64,000 nt of DNA. Source: Malacoraja senta (lineage: Eukaryota). A program made the position numbers and the translations under genes. Below, in pieces: positions 39,519 through 52,008 of the stretch (the first letter of the stretch is position 1; the number at the start of each line of letters is the position of its first letter). The stretch spans positions 6,882,001-6,946,000 of the forward strand of contig CM075985.1 of the NCBI GenBank assembly GCA_038087875.1, given 5' to 3'. The notes below the pieces were generated by a model. It searched no databases and was not told the origin of the DNA. It was given only the letters and a program-made list of their open reading frames with translations.

Positions 39519-40135
39519 AGGGCCTGTCCCATTGCGGGGACCCAATTGGCGAGTTTAGAAGAGTTTGACCTCATACTCGCAGCATGGTCGACATGAGGTC
39601 CTAGGAGGTCTTTGTAACTCTCCTTCATGCTCGAGAGTAGTCCCCGCGTACTCGAGGCCTCATTAAGGTCGCGGCATATTTTCTAGCATGCTGATAAATG
39701 CCCGCGAGTAAAAAAAGGTCGCCATGGAATTTTTTTAAATTTTACTTGTAGGTTTAGTCGTAGTAGGTCGGCATGTTATTCGTAGGTAATCGAAGGGAAT
39801 CGAGGGTAGTCAAAGGTAGTCGAAGGTAGTCGTAGATAGTCTTCAACATAGTCGAAGGGAGGTCGAAGGAGATCATCTTCACTCTCCACTATTCGGTGTC
39901 CAATTTTCCCGAAGCTAGTCGAAGCTGGTCTTCAACATAATCGAAGGAGGTCGAAGGAGGTCTTCTACATAGTCGAAGGAGGTCTTCAACATATTCGTAG
40001 GGGGTTCTCTACATAGTCGAGGAAGGTCGAAGGAGGTGTTCTACTTCGGCAATACAACATGACCATGACACTTTTTCATACTTTCATAAACCCTTCTACA
40101 CTGTCCAATTTGGTCCCCGCAGTGGGACAGGTACT
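39519..40135. mobile_element. Non-autonomous PIF/Harbinger-type MITE inside the Tc1 right ITR
   Basis: TIR agggcctgtcccattgcggggacccaattgg / ccaatttggtccccgcagtgggacaggtact; TAA duplicated at 39516-39518 and 40136-40138; removing it restores the Tc1 ITR. Confidence 0.85.
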
Positions 40136-41865
40136 TAAGGCTGTAACATAACAAAATATGGAAAAGTGAAAGGGTCTGAATACTTTCTGAATGCATTGTA
40201 AATAAAATGATCCATTGTGTGATGGAGAAGCTAAATCTGGAGGTAGCAAATGTATGAAAACAGAATTGATGCCGTAGAGGCTGAAATACAAAGCTGTATG
40301 TAAACAATCAAGAGAGTTAAGAGTCAAAAGTGTTTATCTATCATATGGTGAAATTCTTATTTGGTGTTCAGTCCCTTAAACAACTCCAGCTGCTTATATC
40401 TGGCCCATGACTCCTTTTTTAACCAACCAGAGTCTCCATTTCCAGTTCATTCATGACTTTCTTTCAGTGACGCAGTCTGGCAATGCAAAGGCAGTGTTGG
40501 AATTAAAGAAAATGTACGACTAAATAATTTCAGCTGATCCCATGGCTGCAGGTAGTTTCACTGCAGAAAGCATGTTTGCAAGAAAGATTAGGGCGGGGAC
40601 AGGGCCGGGGGCAGAAAGAACTTTGGGTGAGATAGTGGTGGGTGGTGGTACCAAGAATATACGGATGGAGGACAATGGTGGTGGATGGATGATTGTTCAT
40701 GGAGATTATTCCCTGCCTTAGAATAAGTAGGAATAGAAATACATGAAAGCCTTACATTGGAGATGAACCATATAAAAAAAATCGGAATCAAAAAAAGCAG
40801 GCAGGGTCCTAGGTTTGCGAAACAGCTGGTTTTGTATGTAAAAATAAGTGTGGCTTTGTGAGGAATCATTTTTTAAATAGAAAATGGTGGAAGTACTCTG
40901 CAGATCAGACAGTATCTGTGGAGATAGAACCAGAAGTAATGTTCTTAATCTATGATCTATAATCAGAACTGGAAAATGTTAGAGTTGTTTTAGGTGCATA
41001 GAAAGGGAGAAGTGGAGGAAGGTCTGTTTTATGATGGATTGCGGGGCTCATTAAATGACAAAAGGGATGAAAATGTGAGATGAAAGATGATGATAATGAG
41101 ACATAGGTGATAAATAAACAAAAGATCAGTCCGGTGAAAATATGTAGAAAAAGCAGCATTATCTAAAATTGCAAAAGGAAAATGCAGTGGAAGCTGGAAA
41201 TCTGAATTAAAACCAGAAAACATAGGAAATACTTAATGTCTGATATTGTTGAAAATGTTGTGTCCAGAAGACTACAATGTGCCTCATCAGAAAATTAAGT
41301 GCTGTTCCTAAAGCTCATGTTGAACTTCATCAGAGCAGTGGGGGAGGACCAAGAAATCCAACCTGGAGAGTGACAGAAATTCAAAAATGGCAGGAGACAA
41401 TAAGCTATTAAAGGTGTTTAAAGAACTTTAATTTGAATTAAGATGAATTGGTTGGAGCAAAAAGAGACAACATTACTAACCCATAAAGTCGCATGTTACT
41501 GATTTCACCAATTCTTTGCTGAGCTAGTAAACTTGCATTGTTAAAAGCCTAATGCAATTATGTTTCATTTAAAATAGAATGTTACAAGTGGGAGCAGAAT
41601 TTTACCTACTGACGCTTATGTTAAATGCACAATGCAGTAATGACTGCATGTTGCACTGTTTCAAAATATATACATTCAAAATATGTCCATTGACTTTAAT
41701 GGAACAGGATAAGAGCTATGCAACATAAAATGGCTACTTGTCCAGTTAGAAGTACAACGAACATTTTTTTACAACTTCCAATTCAATAGAGGAGGATACA
41801 ATTGGACATAAGCAACAACCAAAACCTTGACTTGCACTGACTATTACATATTTTCTATCTTAAAG

Positions 41866-41928
41866 GGCGAAAGGGGTGAGCCTGGGTTACCAGGAAAGTT
41901 GGGATTAAATGGTCTAATGGGGCAAAAG
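41866..41928 (+). CDS. Collagen exon, 63 nt, GERGEPGLPGKLGLNGLMGQK
   Basis: ttaaag|GGC...AAG|gttagt. Confidence 0.92.
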
Positions 41929-42790
41929 GTTAGTATCCATCTTGCTTTATCAATATTCTTGTTCCTAATATAACAGGCACAAGCGAGAATTTACTTGGAA
42001 TATTGAGTTTTCTCGCTGTACGTGAAGGCCAAAAGATTACTTACATTGAGATATACTGTCGTGCCGCTGCCGATCGGAACACCTGTTGATGTTTAGTAGA
42101 GAGTAGAGTGTTAATTTGTTCATGATATATGTATTTTTACTTCTATTTATTTTTTACTGCACACTGAAATGGACACTGGTTGAGGAACGTTTTTTTGTTT
42201 CCTCTGGGTATGTGAATACTCAGGAAATGACAATAAAGATATACAATACAATACAATATAATCATAATCATTAGCTCCATGCTTTATAAGTGAATGGTGA
42301 GAATATGGAAATCACTACCACAGATTGTGGCAGAGATCAACAGTATAGAAGCACTGAAGGGAATTTATAGAAATACATCAGTCAAAAAGAAAGAAGGTGA
42401 CAGTCTGATTAGGTAAAAGGAAGTAAGATAGGAGAAACTGTATTGGGAGCATAAATAACATTATAAGCAACATTATAAGCAATGGCTTGTTTCCTTGCTG
42501 GAAATTCCATGTACTGCAACATAAAAACATAGTAATATCATCTTTTTGACTCAATATCATAATATATATATTGGATCCGCATTAAAGTAATTGCCAGGGT
42601 TCCTTATGAGAAATTTGGTAAATAACACAGATCCAATGCAAATTTGGTAAATAACAAGAATCCAGAGTGCAAATTTAAGACAAGGGCCACACGAGAGGGC
42701 ATATGGAGCATATGCTAAGCGGCGTTGTACTTATTGAAATGTTATAAGTATATAAATGTACATGCCATTAAATGTGTCTGTGTAATTTAG

Positions 42791-42853
42791 GGGTCGCAAG
42801 GATTTCCAGGTCTTCCAGGGCCCAAAGGACTTCCAGGAGAGAAAGGACAAAAG
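42791..42853 (+). CDS. Collagen exon, 63 nt, GSQGFPGLPGPKGLPGEKGQK
   Basis: atttag|GGG...AAG|gttagt; cf. COL7A1 GDRGFDGQPGPKGDQGEKGER. Confidence 0.93.
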
Positions 42854-43209
42854 GTTAGTTTTTATAACATGTTATTATCTCCTGTATCAAATTAAATGAC
42901 GGGCAAGTTGAATTGTCAGCAGATAACAATTCCACCCAACTGACTGAGAAAATACTTCCTAAGCATGCACATACTTTAATCAGTGAAAATGCAGTGAAGG
43001 ACAGTAGATTTTGATGGGACAAGTAACAGCGATCTCTTAAATAAGCACATGGATATGCAGGGAATGGGGGGGGATCTGAATTATGGGCAGACAGATAAGG
43101 GTTGGTCTTGGCATTATGTTTGGCACAGACATTGTTGGCCGAAGAGCCTGTTCATGTGCTGCACTGCTCTATGTTCTATGTTAATAAGTGTAAATAGTCA
43201 TTACACACG

Positions 43210-43391
43210 TGTAACATTATAATAGTCTTTAATAAGTATCCAGAGTTAAACAATACATGAGTAGTCACTGACTCCAGTCTGCTACTGTACTGCGCAGAAG
43301 GAGAAGCAGGCGTTATTATAAATGATACTTAAGGCGGGGTTAGTAGTGGTGAGGTAGCTATGTGATTGGTTGCATGCATAAACCATCTACA
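43210..43391 (-). repeat. 3' LTR of the Gypsy element (182 bp)
   Basis: TGTA...TACA ends, directly after the PPT; CCAAT, TATAA and ATTAAA on the minus strand. Confidence 0.75.
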
Positions 43392-46170
43392 TCCTCCCCC
43401 TTAGAAGATTAAACATGAACACATGATTAAACATGGTGGATAACTATGGCAACGACTTAAACAAAATCACCATACCGAACAGGCGACTTGCTGACACGGC
43501 CCGAGCGTGTACGGACCAACCGTCCCCCCCCCCCTCACCAGAAAGACCCAAACCCGGAGGCGACAAAGCCGGAGGGGAAACAGAAAGTGGCATGGGGGAC
43601 AAACGTGCAGGAGGGCTAGGGAAACGGTTAGCAATGGGCGACCCACGCGAAGGTGAACAAAACACGCGAGGGGACTGAGGCATGCAGGTGCCTGCAACGG
43701 GATCAGCAGCGGATGGCTGGAACTGCAGCGGCGGAGCATAAGGTCTGGCTGCCTGCGGGAACGGCTCCTGTACTGCAAGCAGGTGCTGACGACTCCTGCG
43801 GTAGACAGTCCCTTCAAAGTCCACAAGGTACGAACGAGGCGCATCGGCAATGCCAACCACGGTGGCCAGACGGGAATATCCGCTAGCAGTATGTAGACGA
43901 ATGGCCGGTCCAGGCAGCAGAGGCCTGAGAGGCTTGCACGATCTATCATGTGACCGTCTTTGGATGTCATGCTTAGCCTGAATGCGCGTCTGGATGGAGG
44001 CAGGCTCCAGCACTCGAGGTAGCAGCTTGTGTTGAGCAATCGGAATCGGTGGTCTTGTTGTTCTGGACATCAGCCGCTGAGCAGGTGAGCCTAGGGTTGC
44101 GTCCCTGGAAATGTTACTTAGGTTCAGGAGGTCGAGGTAGAAGTCGGAATTCGCCAGGCGCGCTTGCTCCATTAGTAGTTTGGCACTCCGGACAGCCCGC
44201 TCAGCAAGCCCGTTACTCTGCGGGTACTCAGGGCTGCTCATGAAGTGGAGGAAGTTCCACTTGTTGACAAAGTTCTTGAACTCCTGGCTGGTAAGCTGCC
44301 TGCCGTTGTCGGTCTGCAGACGGACAGGCGAGCCGAAAGTGGAAAAAAATTTCCTCAGCTTACGGATGACCATCTCGGACGTGAGGGAGGTCAGAAGGTC
44401 AACCTCGAACCAGTTCGAGTATGAGTCAGCAAGGACGAGGTAGTGTTTACTACGCCATTCGAAAATGTTGGCGGCCACCGAGATCCAGGCCAGGGCAGGC
44501 GCGGGTTGTTGCAAAAGGGGCTGCCTTTGCTGGTGGGGCGCAAGGCTGTTGCAGGTAGAGCAAGACGAGACACGGTCCCGAATGTACTTAGCCATTCCAG
44601 GCCAGTAGAATTGGCACTGTGCGTGGGCGATCGTGGCATCAACGCTCGGGTGCCCACTGTGGACCACGCTATAGTACGTCATACAGGGAGGAGGGGACCA
44701 CGACCTTGTGGCCCTTAACAATAACGCCGTCTTGGATGACCAGTTCGTCGCGAACCAGGAAAAAAGGCTGTGTCTCTGCGGGCGCACTGGCGCACTTGCT
44801 CGGCCAACCCCTTTTTATCACTGAAGAAAGTCACTGCAGAGCGGGGTCGGCGGCCGTATGCTCGGCTAGGCACTGAAGCTGCTTAGTGGGGACAAAGTCA
44901 ACGCCGAGCACCAGAAGGTCTTCCCGTTCGCAGGGGTGTCGATCAATGGTAGCGCGAGGGGCGCGAGAGAGGATGTCCGCAACGTGCATATCAGTACCCT
45001 TTTTGTAGACAATGGTGAAGTCGAAACGCTGGAGCTGCATCATCATACGTTGCAGCCTGGCAGGTGCGACATGGATCGGCTTGTTCAGGATGGTCACCAA
45101 TGGCTGGTGGTCAGTCTCAACCGTGAAAGAATTCCCGAAAAGAAAGTCCTTGAACTTAGAACAGGCGAAAACGACAGCGAGCAGCTCCTTTTCGATCTGT
45201 GCGTAGCGCTGTTCGGTGTCGGTCGTGGTACGGGAGGCATAGGAGACAGGGAGCAGGAAGCCATCTGCAGAGGACTGTAGGCAGGCTGCACCGAGCCCGA
45301 ATCACAGGTGACGGTGATGGGGTGCTTCAGGTCGAAAAACGTCAGAGTAGGAGTGCTGACCAGCTTAGACTTTAAAGCATCAAAAGCCTGCTGGTGCTGC
45401 GGGAACCAGGCCCAGGCGGTGTCTTTTCTAGTCAGTTGTCGCAGGGACAACCTCAGTTCGCTGAGGTTGGGAATAAATTTCCCAAGATAGTTCACTATGC
45501 CCAGGAAGCGCTGTAGACTGAGCACGTCGGTGGGGGCCTCCATAGGCGTGCAGAGTGGACCGGTCTGCAATCATTAGCTCATTATTCCTTATCTTCTGAA
45601 AAAGGCTTATTGACATTACATTCACTTGTGCCCCAGTGTCGAGCTTAGCGTGAAAGCTGGAATTGTTGACAGTTATCAGAACAGTTGGATCGGGTTGCCG
45701 GCCAGGTGCGTGAAGGAGTGAATGCACACTCGCCTCCCCTTGCGAAATAATTGGATCGTCAGCGTGGGCAGCGTCGAGCAAGGACAGAGAACCATACATG
45801 TTATCAGCTTGCATCAGCATGTTTAGGTTAGGTCTGGAAGCTCGTGGCACCTTCCCACGAGAACGACAGGCAGCAGAGAAATGGTTTAATTTCTTGCAAT
45901 AGTTGCAGGCTTTACCGAAGGCAGGGCATGGCGACTGCCTGTGATGCATGTAGTTACAGTTCGGGCATTTGGGGGTTTCACCGCCAGATGCGGGGCCGGG
46001 CCGAGGCACAAATTGAGTGTTATCAGATCGAGGTCGCAGTCTATTGAACCCAGTCAGGTTGATAGATTTAGTGTCCGAATCACGCTGATTGTCTGGCGGG
46101 TCAATGGCCTCAGCCATTCTGCAGGCGTGCATGGCTTCATTTAAAGTCAGATCGGGTCTGCGGAGGAGGA
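43210..46170 (-). mobile_element. Gypsy/Ty3 LTR retrotransposon, internally deleted and lacking its 5' end
   Basis: On the minus strand in order: gag end with zinc knuckles (CNYCKKLNHFSAAC), protease LDTGA, RT end/RNase H (VTCD, ADILSR), integrase with HHCC and TDNG..SNGLAER (43444-44787), polypurine tract AAGGGGGAGGA, 3' LTR. Confidence 0.92.
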
Positions 46171-47530
46171 GGAGGCAGCGCCCAACCCGGGGAGTAGAGG
46201 TGTCAGTTCTTCCCGCGGCGAGCGGAGAGGCACCAGCTACCGTGGGCCGCTCACCTGTCGGGCGCTGACTCCTCGATCCCGGGATCCAACCACTCACAAA
46301 ACGCCGGTGTACGACGAGGACGGTAAGAACACTCAGTTCACTCAATGCAAACTTTAGGTCATTTGTTCCTTGTGCCCACGGAAATCTCCAGCACGGTCGA
46401 GACGAGGGGGTTCTGAAGTTGCATTCTCTCGATTGAGGACATTTTCTTGACTCTCCTAGAAGCAACGAGCCATGGCTTTACCAATGGTTGTCTGTCTAAC
46501 TGAAACCTCTCTTCCCCCACCTCTCCCCGTCTCCCACTCGCATCTCCCCCCTCTCTCTCGCAGTTACACCCTGCTCTCCCCCGCTACCACGCACCCCGTT
46601 CACTTTTTTAAATTCTCAAATAACCTTTGAAAAATCCCATGATTCCTTGCGTTTTTTGGAATACCGAACTGGCTTATTGTTCAGCAGCCTTGACCCCACT
46701 GGACTTCTAGTATAAAAATCATTATTTTCCAATGTTATCCATTGCTATCTTGGCGTAGGACATATTATGAGTTATTAGCAGTTGAGGGCAGCAAATGGCA
46801 AGAAGAAAAACAGCTAATGTTTTTTTAATAAAGAGAAGGGGAGGAGTGCTATCAATGGGCTATGAACAAAAGCTGGCAATTTATTCAAATCAGGCAGTGC
46901 ATGGCCCAGTGCCAGTTTCTGTATTTGCACACTGTAATTACTATGAAAACCTGTTTCTGTCATTGGCTAATGACTTTTAAATATAGCATTGTGCAACATA
47001 GGGAATCATCACAAATACATAAGACAAAGAGCGAAAGACATTGAGAATTCTGGCAGAAACTAAACAAATACAACTAAAGATCAACTCCACTATACATAGA
47101 AATGTTTAAATATGGATTAACAATCAAACCAAAGCAACTAATAATAACAGAGCAAGTCCAATTCAAGTGAACAATACACTATACGTACAAGGCAGAAAAA
47201 TGAGGGGGAATCTGATTCAAGTAACTTCATAGCCCAGCCATGGAGATAGATGGAGGGAAGGAAAGTTGCGAAGAAAATAAGAAAACTTAGCAAGAAGATT
47301 GAAGACAGACCAACTTATGCAAGTGTTAGTTGCAGATTTAGATGGAAAGAATTCCTGAAACCAGTAGCCATGCAGATCTTTTTTACCAACTACAAAGAGA
47401 AAGAAAAGATTTAAATGTAAATATGCAATATGTATCAATCAGAGAGAGAGAGAAGGGGTAAGAGATAGTGATTCATTAAACTGCAGGCACAGTATTGAAT
47501 GTAAAGAGTGACTTGAAGTAACTAAACAGC

Positions 47531-47572
47531 ATATATATATATATAGATATATATAGAGAGAGAGAGAGAGAG
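47531..47572. repeat. (AT)n(AG)n compound microsatellite
   Basis: Directly visible. Confidence 0.9.
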
Positions 47573-48016
47573 TAATACTGAGGAACAGACACCATACATG
47601 TATTCGAATACATTACATTTGCATCTAGCTAAAAAGTATTGTCGTTAACCTCAAAAAGTAAGATAAAACAAACCCCCCATTCAAGTAGTTGCCTTTGTTT
47701 TAGTGTACTCAATGTGGCCAATTGTAGCATTGAGGTTCTATCAAGCACCACTGACTGAAGATTTGCTCACAAATGCTCGTTGTGGGTTCTGGCAGGCCAA
47801 ACCTCATTACAGCCTAACAAGTATTGAATCTCAGTGGTTAGATGAGAGTCATTGCCTTTGATGTCGAAAAAGCATTTGATCAAACATGCATTAAGAAGCT
47901 CTGGTAAAATTGATGTCAATTGGAATGAAGGAAAAAATTCCCAGACCATGAATAGTGGAAAATGTTTATTTATTGATGGCCTTTCATCTTGGCTCCAGAA
48001 CATGACTGTAACTATG

Positions 48017-48325
48017 TGTTTAAGAAGGAACTGCAGATGCTGGAAAATCGAAGGTACACAAAAATGCTGGAGAAACTTAGCGGGTGCAGCAGCATCTATG
48101 GAGCGAAGGAAATAGGCAACGTTTCGGGCCGAAACCCTTCTTCAGACTGATGGGGGGTGGGGAGAAGAAAGGAAAAAGGCAGAGGAGGAGCCCGAGGGCT
48201 GAGGGATGGGAGGAGACAGCCCGAGGACTGAGGAAGGGGAGGAGACAGCAAGGGCTAGCAAAATTGGGAGAATTCAATGTTCATGCCCCCAGGATGCAGA
48301 CTACCCAAGCGGAATATGAGGTGCA
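48017..48325 (-). mobile_element. Penelope-like 3' end / terminal repeat
   Basis: Reverse-complement similarity to 50290-50593; hammerhead core at 48118-48145. Confidence 0.85.
48118..48145 (-). ncRNA. Minimal hammerhead ribozyme core (UUCG variant)
   Basis: Reverse complement reads CUGAAGAAGGGUUUCGGCCCGAAACGUU. Confidence 0.7.
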
Positions 48326-49429
48326 TCACTGTAACTATTCCTCACTGCAGTGTTCCAGGCCCAACTCTCTTCAACTACTTCATGAAATAACTTTCCCTCA
48401 AATAAAGTCAAAAGTGTGAACGATTGCTCTTGTTATACAATGATCAGTTTTAAATGCAACTCCTTTGGATAATGAAGCGACCTGTGCTTTATGTGCCGAG
48501 ACCAAGACAATATTAAGGTTTGGATTTGTCAACCTCAACTCCTACAGTTACCATCCAGGGCAACACCACTGTGAAAAATGGGGACCAGATACATAAATAT
48601 TACCAATGCAAGAGAAAATCATTGACTGGATATTTTTATTAAGTGATTTGCCTCCTGATTCTCAAATTATTTCTACTACGTACAAGATCGCCCGCAGCAT
48701 GTTTTGAAGTGTCTTTATCAGTACTTCCTGAACTTACAACCTCTGGAGGACAGGAGCAGCAGATATTTGTGACCACCAGCATCTACAAGTTCTTTTCCCT
48801 GTCTAATATCTTTTCGATTCAAATATATATTGCAGTTTTTTTTTGTCAAAACTGTGCCAAAATCCTGGAACTGCTGAAATACGCGTAAACATGAAAAGAA
48901 GACAGTTCACTGTGACTTTTGTAATCGTGTTCAAGTTGGACGATAAACGCTCGCCTTGCCAGTGAAACTCGCACCTTGTAAATGAATTTTAAAAACCTCT
49001 TATCAGTACCCAAAAGGGATGATAGGTTAAAACTTTGGTGGGAGCATTCATAAAACTTTTGAAGTTAATCTTTCTGTTATACTGCTATTTTCAGTATCAA
49101 CAGATTTTCTTTTTAGGAATGTTCTCCTGCCTTTCCACTGTGTCCAGTGAACACTTATATATTAAATCAAAGCTTAAGATGACAGGGAACTTTACCCGAA
49201 GCAAGCCGCTTTACCTGGTAAACCTGCCCCTCTAAGAATAAAGTGATTCACATAAGCGGTAAATCTAGCCTTCAAATTGAATAACAAGATGGCATGGCTT
49301 ATTTAGTTTAAACAAGAAATTGACAAATACTCCCTTAGACTTGTAAGGATTGCTAAATGAATAGTCGGGGGGGGAAATTAAACACTAATTTGATTATTTA
49401 AGAGCAGCCTTACTAAATCACCATAATCT

Positions 49430-50593
49430 CCCTACCGTTTCTAGACCTCACTATCTCCATCGCAGGTAACAAACTTCTGACCGACATCTACTACAAACCC
49501 ACCGACTCCCATGGCTATCTGGACTACACTTCTTCTCACCCTGCTTCCTGTAAGGACTCTATCCCCTACTCCCAATTCCTCCGTCTACACCGCATCTGCA
49601 CCCAGGGTGAGGTGTTCCAAACCAGGGCATCGGAGATGTCCTCATTCTTTAGGGAACGGGGGTTCCCCTCTTCGACTATAGATGAGGCTCTTACCACGGT
49701 CTCCTCTGTATCCCGTAGCTCTGCTCTCACTCCCCATCCCCCCACTCGTAATGACGACAGAGTCCCCCTTGTCCTCACCTTCCACCCCACCAGCCATCAC
49801 ATACAACAGATAACCTCCGACAATTTCGCCACCTCCAACGGGATCCCACCACTGGCCACATCTTCCCATCTCCTCCCCTTTTGGCTTTCCGCAGGGACGG
49901 CTCCCTCCATAATTCCTTGGTCAATTCGTCCCTTCCCACCCAAACCACCCCCTCCCCGGTACTTTCCCTTGCAAACACAGGAAATACTACACTTGTCACT
50001 TTACCTGCCCCCTTGACTCCATCCAAGCAGTCTTTCCAGGTGAGGCAGAGGTTCACTTGCACCTCCTCCAACCTCATCTATTGCATCTGCTATTCTAGGT
50101 GTCAACTGTTCTACATCGGTGAGGCCAAGCGCAGGCTTGGCGATCGCTCCGCCCTCCGCTCAGTTCGCATTAACCAACCTGATCTCCCGGTGGCTCAGCA
50201 CTTCAACTCCCCCTCCCATTCCGAATCCGACCTTTCTGTCCTGGGCCTCCTCCATGGCCAGAGTGAGTTCCACCGTAAATTGGAGGAGCAGCACCTCATA
50301 TTTTGCTTGGGTAGTTTACACCCCAGCGGCATGAACATTGACTTCTCCAATTTCAGGTAGTCCTTGCTTTCTCCCTCCTTCCCCTCCCCTTCCCAGCTCT
50401 CCCACAGACTACTGTCACCGCTTCTACTTTTCTTCTTCCCACCACCCCCCGACGCCACATCAGTCTGAAGAAGGGTCTCGACCCGAAACGTCACCTATTC
50501 CTTCGCTCCATAGATGATGCCTCACCCGCTGAGTTTCTACAGCATTTTTGTCTACCTTTGATTTTTCCAGCATCTGCAGTTCTTTCTTAAACA
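49430..50593 (+). mobile_element. Penelope-like element 3' part (RT thumb, GIY-YIG, terminal repeat)
   Basis: FLDLTIS...YYKPTDSHGYLDYTSSHP...IPYSQFLRL at ~49435-49600; NLIYCI...FYIGEAKR; intact hammerhead core at 50465-50492. Confidence 0.9.
50465..50492 (+). ncRNA. Minimal type I hammerhead ribozyme core
   Basis: CUGAAGA-A-GGGUC-UC-GACCC-GAAAC-GUC; consensus CUGANGA/stem II/GAAA/NUH at a Penelope terminal repeat. Confidence 0.75.
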
Positions 50594-50694
50594 TAATGTG
50601 TAGTCAAGTTATTCTGGTAACCAACACCCTTATTTTTCATCTGCCACACACACTCACCTTTCCACCTCATTTTCTTATCGTTTTGTTCACCTTC

Positions 50695-52008
50695 ATAGAA
50701 ACATAGAAACATAGAAAATAGGTGCAGGAGTAGGCCATTCGGCCCTTCAAGCCTGCACCGCCATTTGATATGATCATGGCTGATCATCCAACTCAGTATC
50801 CCATCCCTGCCTTCTCTCCATACCCCCTGATCCCTTTAGCCACAAGGGCCACATCTAACTCCCTCTTAAATATAGCCAATGAACTGGCCTCAACTACCTT
50901 CTGTGGCAGAGAATTCCACAGATTCACCACTCTCTGTGTAAAAAATGATTTCCTCATCTCGGTCCTAAAAGTCTTCCCTCTTATCCTTAAACTGTGACCC
51001 CTAGTTCTGGACTTCCCCAACATCGGGAATAATCTTCCTGCATCTAGCCTGTCCAACCCCTTAAGAATTTTGTAAGTTTCTATAAGATCCCCCCTCAGTC
51101 TTCTGAATTCCAACGTGTACAAGCCGAGTCTATCCAGTCTTTCCTCATATGAAAGTCCTGCCATCCCAGGAATCAGTCTGGTGAACCTTCTCTGTACTCC
51201 CTCTTTGGCAAAAATGTCTTTCCTCAGATTAGGAGACCAAAACTGTACACAATACTCCAGGTGTGGTCTCACCAAGACCCTGTACAACTGCAGTAGAACC
51301 TCCCTGCTCTTATACTCAAATCCTTTTGCTATGAATGCTAACATACCATTTGCTTTCTTCACTGCCTGCTGCACCTGCATTCCTACTTTCAATGACTGGT
51401 GTACCATGACATCCAGGTCTCGTTGCATCTCCCCTTTTCCTAATCGGCCACCATTCAGATATTAGTCTACTTTCCTGTTTTTGCCACCAAAGTGGATAAC
51501 CTCACATTTATCCACATTATACTGCATCTGCCATGCCTTTGCCCACTCACCCAACCTATCCAAGTCACCTTGCAGCCTCCTAGCATCCTCCTCACAGCTA
51601 ACACTGCCCCCCAGCTTCGTGTCATCCGCAAACTTGGAGATGTTGCATTCAATTCCCTCATCCAGATCATTAATATATATTGTAAATAGCTGGGGTCCCA
51701 GCACTGAGCCTTGCGGTACCCCACTAGTCACTGCCTGCCATTCTGAAAAGGACCTGTTTACTCCTACTCTTTGCTTCCTGTCTGCCAGCCAGTTCTCTAT
51801 CCACATCAATACTGAACCCCCAATACCATGTGTTTTAAGTTTGTATGCTAATCTCTTATGTGGGACCTTGTCGAAAGCCTTCTGAAAGTCCAGATATAAC
51901 ACATCCACTGGTTCTCCCTTATCCACTCTACTAGTTACATCCTCGAAAAATTCTATAAGGTTCGTCAGACATGATTTACCTTTCATAAATCCATGCTGAC
52001 TTTGTCCT
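50695..52008 (-). mobile_element. 5'-truncated CR1 LINE (RT and 3' UTR)
   Basis: ORFs 51462-52013 and 50793-51428 match the ORF2 C-terminus, with one frameshift near 51462; (TAGAAACA)n tail. Confidence 0.93.

Larger units (their letters stand above)
37698..40198. mobile_element. Tc1/mariner element, fold-back derivative with nested insertions
   Basis: TA|CAGTGCATTCAGAAAGTATTC...GAATACTTTCTGAATGCATTG|TA; ~210-bp ITRs with an internal direct repeat (aagtattcagaccc); transposase motifs WSDKTK, QQDNDPKH, SPDLNPI at 38200-38810(+) and a mirrored 3' part at 37923-38200(-). Confidence 0.92.

Noticed and set aside
39760-40050. Repeat array superficially like CRISPR
   Set aside because: Short degenerate units without unique spacers, inside a TIR element in a vertebrate intron; no cas genes.
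45428-46465. 345-aa ORF as a genuine chimeric gene
   Set aside because: N-terminal ~95 aa come from unrelated GC-rich sequence read through a rearrangement junction into gag/protease; no evidence of expression.
46790-46980. Possible conserved non-coding element (Sox/homeobox-like sites)
   Set aside because: Cannot be supported without cross-species alignment.
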